Below are positions 1 through 13,100 of a DNA stretch of 64,000 nucleotides, one piece after another. The first letter of the stretch is position 1, and every line of letters begins with the position of its first letter. This DNA comes from Thalia democratica (lineage: Eukaryota), in contig OZ241834.1 of assembly GCA_965202585.1 (NCBI GenBank), forward strand, positions 32,178,001 through 32,242,000, read 5' to 3'. The position numbers and the translations under genes were made by a program. Below the pieces are notes generated by a model. It saw only the letters and a list, made by a program, of their open reading frames with translations. It had not been told where the DNA came from and did no database searches.

Positions 1-209
1 GAAGTTTTGAGGCAGCTGAGCATAATTTTTATCAACATAATCATGCTCCTGTTTTAAATCTGGGAAAACCTAGAATTTTACAGTTTAGGTAAAAGCTACT
101 AAAAAAACTTGGATTTTCGAACTAAGGTCTCAAAAAACCTGGAAAATCCTAGAATTTTTACATTTAAGTAATAAAATTTTGATTAAGTACAAACAATTCA
201 TCATATTTA

Positions 210-541
210 CAGGGTTGCCACAAAACCTTAAATCCTGGAAAAACCTGGAATTTGACAATTTAGGCTAATATATCCTGGAATTTTAAACAATTTTTGTACG
301 TTAAGTAGTAAATTTTCGATTTGACACAAAAAATTTGTCATAGATAACAACTTTTTGTCATCATAATTTTTTTAATATGTAACAACACATTTAAAGTAGC
401 TTTACAGTATTATTTTTTCAATGTTGTTATACTATTTAACACAGTTTCTTACCTTAAACTTATTTTTAAATTGAAATAGAACCACAAACGTGTACTTTTA
501 AAAACCTGGAAAAAAATAGCTAAAAACCAACGGCAACCCTG
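210..541. mobile_element. MITE with CAGGGTTGCC terminal inverted repeats, flanked by TA; partial copies adjoin at about 58-200 and 545-753
   Basis: cagggttgcc at 210-219 and ggcaaccctg at 532-541, with TA on both sides. Internal cctggaa sub-repeats are shared with other copies in the window. Confidence 0.8.
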
Positions 542-3500
542 TATTTAAAAAAAATATCATCAAGTTTTTTATTAAAAAACACATTTAAAGTAGGTTTATA
601 GTATCTTTTCAATGTTGTTATACTAATTAAGTCAGTTTTTTACCTTAAATTTAACTTAACACTAAGAATGAATCAAAAAACCTATTCTTTAAAAGTTATG
701 AAAAAAATTTAGAGTACCTGGAAAAGCTTTTTGAAAAACCTTTGACAACCGTGTAAATACCACATTACAATTTAACTTCTTTTTATGACATTACAAAACT
801 GTACAGCTTTGAAAGCATGGTAAAGTTATTTTGAATATAATTATTTTAAGCAAAGTATATTTTATTGATAACAAGTCCAACTACAAATTCAAATAGAAAT
901 GCTTCACATGGGTACAAAAAAGTTTTTTTTGTAGTTTTGATTTTAATTTTAAAAAAGCTTTAAAACTTACTTATTAGGTTTTCTTATTTTGTACTTTATT
1001 GTTTTAGTATAACAAAATTAAATTACCTACAGTGGTTTTTTAACAAAACTTTTAAGCTTTCGAAAAATTTTAAGATAACCACCATTTTAAATCATCCTTT
1101 CAAGTTCTTTTGTTGTTAAGTAACTGATACTAATATCCATCAATAATCATAAAGTTCTCCAATGAGAATCTTGTAATATTTTTGATACAATATTTTTAGA
1201 TTTAAAAAAATGAATATTAAGTTGTAAAAAATTATTTATAACTTTATAGGTATTACAAGTTTTTCCAAGTTAAGCTTCCATAGAAAATTAAACTTTGGTA
1301 ACTAAAATTTGAAAAGATAATTTGACATACATTAGACAAAACTTAATTCATCTGTTGTACAGACTTAAAGGTCAACTTCTCAATTGACAATGTTTAAAAA
1401 TGCAATGAAATAACATTTTTGAAAATGCTAACTAACAAATAGCTAGCGTGGACTTCCTTGGACTTTGTTGGTGTTGTTGTTGTACTGAAAAAACTAGTCA
1501 GCTTAAAACTTACCTCTAATTCATGTGATATAACTTGTGTTGGTGATTCTTTGTCAAACTCCTTCTTTAGTTTCTTTTTGCATTTTACTGTACATTCATA
1601 ATACCAGTATTAAGATTTTTTGTTTTTCTTAACTTCTACTGTGGCTGCTATCACTCAGTTTAATCTAACAACATTTGCTGGATTTAATTTCTAGAGAAAG
1701 TAATAAGCAATTTAGTAACCAGGCAGCTGCTCTAATGTTGATATTTATTTGAATTATAAAGAACTTCACGTTTGTAATACTTAAAGTGTTTAAATATTTT
1801 TTACACCCTGTATGTAGAGTAGAGGTTATGTGTAATGCTATGTATGCTAGAAGAAGTTTAAGTTGTTTAAAAATGCTTTTGTAATAAGAACTACTGTTCA
1901 TAATGTATAATTTTAACGCTATATATAACAGGTAGGTAAGTTGTTTTAAATTTGTAATAATTCTTCACTCAATTTTACTAGAGTTTAAAAATATTTTTAT
2001 TGTATTACTTTTAAATGCTAATATTTATACACAGATTAAGCTCATGAAACATAGGACACATGAATATTCGTTTATGCCTGTTAAACTACACAATAATTCT
2101 TAAATAATGACATTAAATTTGTCAATAATTTTTAACAAATTAAGTTCGAATTACTTATTAATATAAGCGTACAATGCTATTACATGTTTTAAAGTGCTAA
2201 CTGTTATGCTCAAGTTTAAAGTTTACTGATACTAAAAAATATTCAATATTTATTATGCTTATCATGACCTAGACTATTTTAATTCAAATAATTACTTTTT
2301 ATGTTTTAATCTTGAGGCGTTGTACAGTTTTTAATTGATAAACAGCTTATATTTTTTATTTACCAGTGTTTTTTAATAGTTCCATAGAACTTAATTTTTA
2401 TCCTCTATAACTTTTGATAATTTAAAAATAATCAAATGTTAGTTTAAAATATTAAATTATGTGGTTTAGGTTAAACTTGTTTTCGTTTTTACATAAAATC
2501 ACGTATAATTTTCAAAAAAAAAACTTGAAATAACAAAAAAAATTACATGAGCATGTAAAAAGAGTATTTTTTGAATAATCTTTTTCTTATAAGTATTATC
2601 CTACCTGTCTTTTATTTTTGTGCTTATGATTTTGGCTGTATAAATTACTTTTGCGACTCTTGTATCCGGTTTAAAGTAGTTTTATTTTTTCCTTGTTACT
2701 TATATTCGCTTGTATGCTGCCTAAGAATTTACTTTTAATGTATTAATTCAATAAAAAGTTTTCAAGTGATTTCTATATATGGTATTTTTCAAGTTGGTTG
2801 TCGAGTACTATTTTACTCTTGTTAACATAATGATCCTGTTAACATAAATCAATGATTCTATTAACTTGTTGGGTTTAAACGGTGACAGTTGTTAGCTAGT
2901 TAGTTAAAATTCGACTATTTTTTTATTAAATCACCAATATATACTAATTGATATGATAACATCTTTTTATTTTCTTAAATAAGATGTTAAAAACTTGCTT
3001 GATAAAAAACTTAAAAAATCTTGTTTATTTTAAATTCTTGCCATTTGTAACAAAAATTTTTTTTGCAATTCAGCCAAGTTGAGTTTGCTACACATGCGTG
3101 CTGAAAATTTAAAAGTTTTGTTCTTTTTTGACTGGCAATGCTTTTTATGTGTATTGAAACTTATTGTATTGGGCTTTTGCAAGCTTTATAATTTGCTTAT
3201 GTATTGATTTTTTTTCTTATTTTAAAGCAAAAATGTTTTTTAAACTTTAAGTATTTAAAAAATACTGTTGCTTCAAAATGTTATATTACAAAGTTGAATA
3301 AGTAAAACCGAAAAAAAATCTTCTAAATTCTGGAATCAAGTGCATGGCCTTAAGTGTGATTAGTCCAAGTGATACCATGGGTACTTGCAAAAATAGTTTA
3401 AATACTTGCAATAACATGAACCAAGCCAACTGCTCATTTCAATTCCAAAAAGGGTTTTTGAAACTTCACTACAAGAGTTTGTGATTGAACGCTTGCGCAA

Positions 3501-6500
3501 TCTACAAAGCATTTCGCATGCACGAAAATTTTTACTACTCGTTATTTTGAGTGGATAACGATTTTGTCGACCACTACCAGTCAATTATGTATTGGGCGAG
3601 CTTCATCAAATGTTGAGTGTTATGTTAAACAGCGTTTTTTGTGTTGTAAGTGCTCGAAAGCGCACTTGTGGCCTCATCACAAACAATTGCAGCCGAGTAA
3701 GCAGATCTAATTAGCACTTGTGCTAATGGAGCTTTTCTAATAAGCTGGTGTGATATTAATGATCATTAATTGTTTGCACAAATTAACTGTTATTTTTCCA
3801 AAGTTTTATTTGTTCGAGTATTGAAGTTTAATTTATTTTATTGTCGGATAATAAACAAATATAACTGTCAAAGCCGCACTCAAGTCAAGGCAGACTGTTT
3901 GCAAAAACAACCACTTTCAGCTAAGCAAACAAAAACAGTTGCGTAAACTTTTATGTTATTTTCATTTGATTCAATGGGTTAAAGTGAAAACTTAATTGAG
4001 CTGCCCTTACATAACTTTTTAAAACATTTGTTTAGGCTTAAAAATCTGTCATGTTTTGTTTTTTTATAAATCTATAATTCTAGAAATTAAGTTTTGGATT
4101 AGATTTATTAGTATTCTTTAACCAAAACCATACTGTTGAGTTATGAAACGATTCTTCAATTTTTGATAAACGCCAATCGTTTAATAAAAAAAGTTTTACT
4201 TAATAGTTGAAAAACTGTAAAATATTTTAACTAAGAATGCTTTATACTGTACTTCTGTTTTTTATATTTTTGCAACACCAACCAAATTGTAGGTTTGAAA
4301 AATTTTGCTACAATTTATTGTTTACCGTCACTAACAAATTGTACCAAGTCATTGTGTTGCTTGAGTTGAACAAAAGATTCTTTTGGTGTTGGAAAATAAA
4401 AACATTAAGTTTGTGTTAAGTCATTAAAATAAATTTAAAAAATGTATCAAAGTGTTGACTTAAACATTAAAAAACAGTTTATGTACAAAAATATTGCTTT
4501 GTGTGAAATAAAATTGCGGTTTGTACTTACATTGTTACTTGGTCATGTGAGTTGTAGTACATGTTACATTGGTGCATTAACAATATGTATTTTTTGAAAA
4601 CTTTTATTTAATGGTATATATTTTATAACTTTGTTTAAACGACAAAGAATGAATTACAATACATAAAAACAAATATGTTATAAAGACCAAAATACAAAAC
4701 ACTTTTAAAAAGTTAACATGCAATGATTATTGGCAGCGTCTTAAAGATGTTATTGTTTTGTGTGTTGCTTTAAAAACATAACAACATTCAGTGTTTTACC
4801 TGTTTAACCTGTGTGTGACTTCTGCACAACAAGATAATTAAAAAGCCAAGCAAGTTCACTATTGGCAGTCACAAAAATATCATTATTTTTATCTTTTTAT
4901 GTAACTTTGGTATTCTAATTGCTTAAATTTTTTTTTTTGTTTTTGCTAACTTTGAACAAGCTCAGTTGAAAAAAGAAGTTAAGGATTCTCTTATTGTTAA
5001 CAACAACATTAACTATTCCATGTACTTTTACATAACCGTTGTTGCTTTTCATCTGCTTATATGAAAACACTTGCACTTTTATTGTGCAACTATTCCAACG
5101 TAACGCCAATGCCTCGCTGCAATTCCAATCTTTTTTATTGCTCACCAAACAAAAACGTTCCAACAAACAGCACACACATACAGGGCTCACAGACGGTTTT
5201 CAAATGTGCATGAAAAGCCTAATTGGTTTTTAATCAGCGCAGCAGCAAACTCTTCGGTTGTTTACGTTGCTGCCTCTCTCTGCTGCGCGAAATCTCTCTG
5301 CTCTATTCTCTTTCTTCTGTGTGTGCCAGCTCAGTGCATTCTTCGCGGTTTCAACTTATCTTATTTCTGTTAAGTTATATATCTTAAAGCTTTGTGCTCC
5401 GTTTGTTTCTGTGTAGAATTAGAAAAAAGGGTTTTTATTGCTGGTGGTAATTGAGTTTTATTGTTTGTAATTGCGAGATTATTCGTGTTGTTTAATAAAT
5501 TGACTCGATATTTTTGTTATTGGTAATTTAAATTTAATATCAAATTAAAATTCTTTGTATCACGAATACACTTACCAATGAGTTCATAATGAGCTATTAT
5601 TCTAGTTTTTGAGCAATATAAATTTAACATTTTTATCTTTGAAGTGTATTCTAAAAGTTCAGAATTCAACTCTTTAAACTTTTTAATTCAAGTTAAAATA
5701 TTGACTGCTTACAGTTCACAATGCAGTCAAATTGTTGCAAGACTAACAAAATTAAAAAAGAACTTGCATCTACATGAGAGCAAACAAACGGTATGTGTTT
5801 GCACTGATGACTGATTAATTAAATTCTGCTTCCTTTCTTAAGTAACCATCCATCTACATATTTTTCTAAACTTGAAAGATGTCGTGAGAACGCAGTTTTG
5901 CCTTTTTAACTCGACTACCAGGTGTTTGTTGTCAAAATACTTCTCAAAGGCCGAAGGGGTCAAGAGGCCAATCTTTTAATTGCGTTTTTGTTTTCGTGAA
6001 GGTTAACAAGTGCAGAGGAGCGTAGAATGCAAATTCAAGTGTTCGCCTTGAAACAAAAAGAGATAATGATTTGCCAGCGAGATAAAAACTTTTCCAATGC
6101 GCTTCCACATATTTTGATTTGCTTTTCCAAGATCACGTACGTTTTTGTAGGCTTCAGTAACTTTTAGAAAAACTTGTGGGATTATGTACATAAATGTTGT
6201 GTCTGTTTTGAAAGTTTGAATTTTTTTAATAAAGAATAATGTTTTAACATTAGATTTCAATAAATGTTTATTTTATTCGAGTCGAACAGCAAATCAATCG
6301 CGACATTTGTTACCGCGCAACGCAGCGAAACACAAAAAGAAAACACATAAGACTCATAAAAGGCAGCATATTGGTGAATTTAAAACGCAACCAGCCTGTC
6401 GTTCCGATATCGTCCGTATCGTTACGTTTGCGCGACACGCAAAATAAAAAAAGTTTGAAGAAAAACAGCAGAGAACAATTCGAACGGCGTCCCTTTAATA

Positions 6501-9500
6501 ATTCCGCGATACTCGTTTCAGCTGCTTGAAACAAAAGGGGAGGCGTTCTGGCCATTTGCGGGCGCCGCGGAGCTGCTTTCGCGTTCGGCTTTTGGCAGAG
6601 TTTTTTTTTTTTGCTGGTTTGGCTCGAGCTGTTTCTTGCAGCGCGACTTTTAGCAGTTCAGTTGCTTGTTGTTTGAATGCAGGCTGGCACAGCAGTTTTT
6701 TGTTTTTGTTGCTTCGACCTTTTGCGTTATAAGAGTGTGTGCTTTATTTTTGGAGAGGTTACTTTGTTTGGCTCATGGAAGCTTATAGATTTTGCAGTCA
6801 AGCATTGTTGGTTTGTTAACAATTAAACCGTTTTTATTGAAATTTTTGCAAACAAGTTAAAAGAAATCTGCTAACTTTTGCAAAACATAAGATATTTTTC
6901 TAAGAACTAGTTTTTTTAACAGTTTCAACAATTATTTTAAAGTCATTGAAAAATTGCAGTTCACAAACAAGTTTCATTTAAAAGCATAATTTCAAAACGC
7001 ATCAAAGAAACATTGTGCTTTGCACAAACAGCTTAACAAAAGTGTTGCACTTTACATCAACATAGCAAGAATGTTGCGTAAAGCGTTGTTTTTGCGCTCG
7101 CACACCGTAAAAAATCCGAAAATCCCGAAAGCAGTCTGGAAAATATTTGGTGCAAAAAAAAAAAAGCAACACCGCAATATTGATAGCTCATGTACACTGC
7201 GGTGTAAAATGCTGCCCGAGGGCATTCGATAGAAATTTTTAATTCGTTATTTACGTTTGGAATTTTACGCTCAAGAGCGTGTGGAATGCCTTTGAACACC
7301 GAGCAGTTTGTTGCAGACGATTGTTAAGTGTTTTTTTTGTAATGGAATTTGTTGTTTTGGAATTGTTTAACGTTTGGGCATGTTATGCATTTTTTTGGTG
7401 CTTAGCTTATAAGAGCCCGTATTTTGTTTACTAGTAAGTTCAGATTGGTTTTATGTGAGAACATAGTTCAGTGTCACGTATTTGGAGCAGAGCTGTTTTT
7501 GTTTGTTTTTTCCGTAACTTATTAACTTTTAGAAAATTGATTTACTATAATGTGGATATAAATCATAAAAGATGTAAAATTGAAAATATCAAGCGCAAAC
7601 TGAAAACGCACCAGAAATGACCTCAATTTCGTATAAAATCATTTCAAACCTGATAATAACAATCGAACGTTTCTAACGCGAAAGCTCAGTGTCCAACCAA
7701 GCGTTTCATTTCAAACGAGCGCAGAAAAAAACTTCCAAGACAGAAAAACGAGAGAGAAGTGAAAACTTAAACGAGAGAGAGAGACTTTTTGTTTTCGCTG
7801 CGCGCGTGCGGCAATCGGCCTTTGATGTTCGGTTGACATGAAAGTTAAGCGCTGCAATTTGGTTTCGAGTGTGTTGTTTTTCTTTTGTGTGGTCGCGCAC
7901 AAGAGAGGGTTTTGAAATTTGAAATTGCTTTTATTTCAATCGCTCAGGTTAATTGGGCTTTTTTTAGATGTGTTCAGTTTTTTACATGCCCCAAAGGACT
8001 GGAGTTTCTAGTTTGCTTTGTTTTTTTATCAAGAAAATGTTTCACAAGCGAGTTGTTAAAGTTTGCTGTTCCGCCCGTGAAAGTCAAGCGGCGCGTTTAA
8101 CATTCGACGTTTAATGTTTCAATACTTGTGGCAAAAGTTATGAAATCATCCGTGGAAAAACCGCACGAAATATTTCTGACATAAAAGGTGCTCGCGCATA
8201 TTTCACCGATGAATGATGCCTCAACCCCTCATTTGACATCAATTGGAACTTTCCACTCGTTCCAAGCCCCGTTCACACACACGGCCCCTATTTCAATTGA
8301 AACCTCGATCCTTTGTTGTGTTGTGTTGTTCTTTCAAGTTTTTTCTACACACAATTACATTTCGCATTGTTTGAAATCCTTCTCAAAAGATTCTTGCTGC
8401 ACCTAGACGTCGTCACGTGTACAAAAGTTCATTCTTTTTTTTGTGAAGATTTGAACTATGTTTGGCACTTTGTTCAAGTTTCGCTTGGCTTTTTGCGCTT
8501 AATTGGCTGTTTTTGTTTACGAAAAAGTAAAGAGTTTAGTTTGCAGCTTTTGAAAGCGCAGGTTAGTCATACGTTAAGAGGTTTTGTGTGAGTATGTTTT
8601 AAATTGATTTATTATTTTTCAAAGTTTTGTTTTTATAATTTTTTATTGAAGAGAAAAACTTCAAACAGAAGTATTTTTACGTGATTTTGTAACTTGTTAG
8701 AGGCTAAAATAACTTGTTTGTTTAATGTGATTTATCTAAAAGTTATGATGTATTAATCACCTCCAACAAGCAAACCAATAAACAAACTCTCTTTTACTTT
8801 GAACCAATGATCATGCTTCAAAAAATAGTCATTGTTGAATAGCTGAAATACAAAGCAGATTAAAACTGTATACAATGATGTCATTATCATTTGATATCAA
8901 GTTTTTTTTAATCTCTGCCACGATAAATACCTTGCGAACAATGTGGCAGAGGCGTTCGGAAAACGTGCTCGTAGTAAAATAATTGAAATAATCGAAAATG
9001 TTCAAGCAGCTTCAATAACTTTTCAATAAGACATTTACTCATGTAATATCACAAAAAAGGCCAGCTTTCCCATGATCACAAGTTAACAGCGCTTATTCAT
9101 AAGCCACTCATTACAACACCGAGCAGCGCACAGAAGTTAATTTCGAAGATGATGAGTTCATTAACGAGGCACTCGAAGACAAGTACCAGCGTCGAAGGCA
9201 TTCAAACGAGTGGCTGGTCACAACTTTTGTGTGTGTTGGTGGCAGCTCACAGAAAATCACCGAAAAGAAGCTCGAAAGCACTCGAAACTTTTCTGCTGCT
9301 TTCTACTCTCTGCTGTATGTGTGTGAAGGAAACCGAAGTTTTTGCTCAGCTCTCTCTCTCCGATTTTAATCTCGGCTTTCTTGCGAGCGTGCGCGAACAT
9401 TGCTTGTTGATGTGTTTTTTTTGCACCGAAAATTGTTTACGCCGGGTTGAAAAGCTGTCTGCGCGGAGAAATTATTGTAATTTATTGCAGGATAGTTTGA

Positions 9501-10169
9501 GTTTTAGACGGTGTTTGTTTTTGTTTCAGACGTAAAACAATGTTCGAACGATTTGGTTTGATAGTTAGATAATGATCTTAATTATGGTAGTGAGCTGAAA
9601 TTAATAGCTGTATTTCTACATATAAATTTGATTAATTAGCTGTAAATCTTCAGTCAAAATGACTTGAAGTCATAAGTTTGTGTTGTGAAAAGATTTAATC
9701 TTGTATGTGTTTGTAGAAGCATTTTACAAGTTTTTGCCATGAAAATATAATTTTTTCAAGAAAAAAAGATGAGTCATCAGTACATGTTTTGTTTGTGCGT
9801 TTTGAGTGCTGTAAAAGGCTGATGCTTTCTTACCACAAACTTTATCAATTTCAGATCTCGGTTAAAAGTAATCAATTGAGCTAAAAGTTTGAATACATTC
9901 TAACTTTATTAAGCTTGATAAATTCAATAGTCAAAATAGCAATTAAACAAAATAACTTCCAAATGATAATGTAGTCATAATCAGTACCAACTATTAAATA
10001 TAAGTCATACTACTAAATAAACTTTAGTAAACATGTATTTTTCAGAGATTATAAGTAAACACAAAACACAACAAAGGAGTCGCCAGACAACTATTCAAAG
10101 CAACCACGGATTGATGTACATGTCACGTTGATGAGCAGGTTCCTTTCATCTGTTCTCAAGCTGCGCATC

Positions 10170-13100
10170 ATGGGCTGCGAGCACAGCAACCACCGCGGCA
10201 CCGTTCCCGACGACCACCCCACCATTTTCAAGGGGAAGTCCCTCAACGAGAAGGGCAAGACGGTGGAGGTGCTGACCATCGAAGGTTGGTGTTTTTAGTG
10301 GTTTTTTAAATAATACAAATTAAAAAGACGTTAAAAATAATTGATTGATCTTGTAATTGAAACTTGATTGGTTTTTTAGTAGAGAGTTTTTTGTATATAT
10401 TTTTTTATAAAGTTATCAAACTTTTTTTTAATTAGTTTCTTTGCAAAATGTTTGCTATGTAGATAAATTGTGCTACATATCTAAATCAAAAGTAAAAACT
10501 GTTTGAGTTTATTTCAAAATGAAGTTTTGTAAAACTAAACTTTTTTCAACCAGTAAAAGAAAACCAAATGACCATACGGGGTAGGAACAGGAAGATAATA
10601 GCCAAGTGGCCGATAAGTGGCATTCAGAAGTACGGTTATTCCGAAACCAGATTCATGATCGAGACCGGAGATAACTGCCAGGGAGGAAAAGGTGAGTAAA
10701 AAAATATTTTTTTTAATGTAAAATATATAGTTTATTTAAAAACAGATTTATAAAACCATTTTTTCAATATCATATCATTTTTATGTCCTTTAATTTTTTT
10801 TCTTCTTTCAACGGTAAACTTTGAAAGTTGTTATTAAAACCTGCTTAATGTCTATTTATTCGCGCAAGAGAATTTTCACGCACCAAATATTAATCACAGC
10901 AAAAATAAATCAGCAAACAGCGCGCAAAACATAAAATTCAAACGTCCGCATTTGTGCTTGCGCTTTGCGAAACGCGCCGAAATCGATGACCGGCGCGAAA
11001 CTGAAATAAAACAAACAAAAAATAGAGGAGGCTGCGACGTGTCCAAAATTTAAAAATTAAATAAATTCGCAAGCTGTTGTCGTTCGGCGACGAAAAAAAT
11101 GCATGAAAAAATCTTCTGGTCCGCAGTGAAAGGGTTTTCAAAATGAGGGCATGCCGGGGGTATTTTCATTCAAACGTTTGACATGTTCTCACCATCGTGC
11201 ACAGGCAGGACCAAGCTGCTGCTGCATCGGAGCGACAGAAGCCCCCTCCGTGCTTTTCTCTTTCGTTGAGCTTACTGTGTCGTCATACCTCGCTGCCATC
11301 TGTCGCCGACTCTGCTTCGTTTGTGACGTCACGCGAGATTCGGTGACCTCGCGGACCTTCGCGCTGAATTGATAAATTTTTAAGCATTCTCTGCTGCTCG
11401 CAACCGCCGTCTCTTTTATACGAAGGATGTTGGCGCAGTTGCTCGAAAGTCGCAGAGTTTTGTTTTATTACATCATTTCGAATTTATTTAAAGAAAAATT
11501 GATTTACTGCTGATCAATCTCTGCCTTTTGATGTTGCGGTGATAAAGTTTAAATTTTCATTTCGCCTCGTAAATTTTCAACCTGGGTAAGTTTATTTTTC
11601 GTTAATCAACTTTATTACTCAAGCCTCGTTCTCTATTGACTCGACAAACAAACTGAAGAGCGAGCTACTGATGCGCCTTTAAATAAGCAAAAAAAAAAGT
11701 TTTACGACTTTGCTCACGGTGATCAAACAACGGATTTCGCTGAAAAGCTTTTAGCTGAATTTTTCTGTTTGCTTTGCAGCTTGCTGCTCCATGGGAATAA
11801 TTCGGCAGTTTGAGCGAATTTGCTTGTTTCATTCCGTGTGTGTGTGTTTTACAAGCCTTTTATGTGAGGATTACTTTTTATTTCGGTCACTTTTGTGTTC
11901 AAAGGAAACTGCTGCACTTTAACTTTGGCCCAATGTGTAAGCTGGTGTTTGAACAACTTGAGTTTTTTTGAATGCAAATTTTGACAGGATTGTTTTTGAC
12001 TCCCAAAAGCGCTTTGTAAAGTTTGATTAAGAATTTTAGAATAGTAAGCATGCTTACTTATCTACTTATTTTATTTTTAAGTTATCAATTTTTCAGAAAA
12101 AAGAAATGAAAATATTATCACCAACTAACAAACATAACTTGCTTTTACTGATAAAAATAAAAACTTTTAAGTAATTTCAATCAACTGTTGCAGCGATATT
12201 TCTGTTCAAAATGGACCGCGCAGAGGACTTGTTCAAAATACTGAAGCAGTATTACGCTGAGGCGGAGCAGAGGAGAAACCAGCTTCTGATGCACAACCCG
12301 AATCTTGTGCATCACAGAATCCCGCTCGGTATGAAATTGTTTAATTATTATTTGTAGTTGAAAAAATAGTTTAACATTTTTGAGTTCTATTTAGATTTTA
12401 GACCGATGTTTTCCTATAACTTATTAGATGTGTATTTGAAATTAATATTGTTGCCTCGAAACTAGTTGTGTTATCTAACTTCTTAGCTTATTTATTAAGT
12501 ATAATTATTGTTGATTATTTAATTAAAAACATAGTTTACACTTCTGTTATATCTTTAAAAACTTATGTTGTTAGTAACTGTTAAACTTTCAAATTTGGAT
12601 ATTTGTATTTAACTTAGTTTTATTCTGAAATATTTTGGTTCTTTTTTAAATTCACTTTGCACAAAAAACAATCAATTTGCATCACAAAAATTCTTTTTAT
12701 TGATATACGAAACATTTGCACGCACAATAGTGACTAATTGCTGACAATCAGCAATGGACAATGAAACTTGATATTTGCTTCTCATATGTATATATATATT
12801 ATATGTGCTCATTACATCATGCGCTTAAATAAATGTTAAGCTCGGCTTAGTTTCAATTGCAAATATCATCAACTCTGTAAGCTCTCTATTTGTAAACTAA
12901 AATGATAAAAGTTTGTTCTGGCATTGTGCTTTGGCAGTGTATTGCAAAGTATTCAAGTCAATTATCGAAGTATTATGTGGTTGATATAAAAGGTATATTT
13001 TGCATTAAAAAACAATTATAAGTTTATAATAAGTAAATGAAATATTTAAAATTAAGTAATCTATATGTTATTGCAATATCTCCATACTAATAGAACAAAC

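Noticed and set aside
1440-1600. Minus-strand exon-like stretch KCKKKLKKEFDKESPTQVISHELE with a gtaagt donor and an apparent 29-nt intron (1514-1486)
   Set aside because: No start or partner exons found, upstream frames are closed, and no homology is recognised. A 29-nt intron is unlike every other intron here. It may be a decayed transposase fragment.
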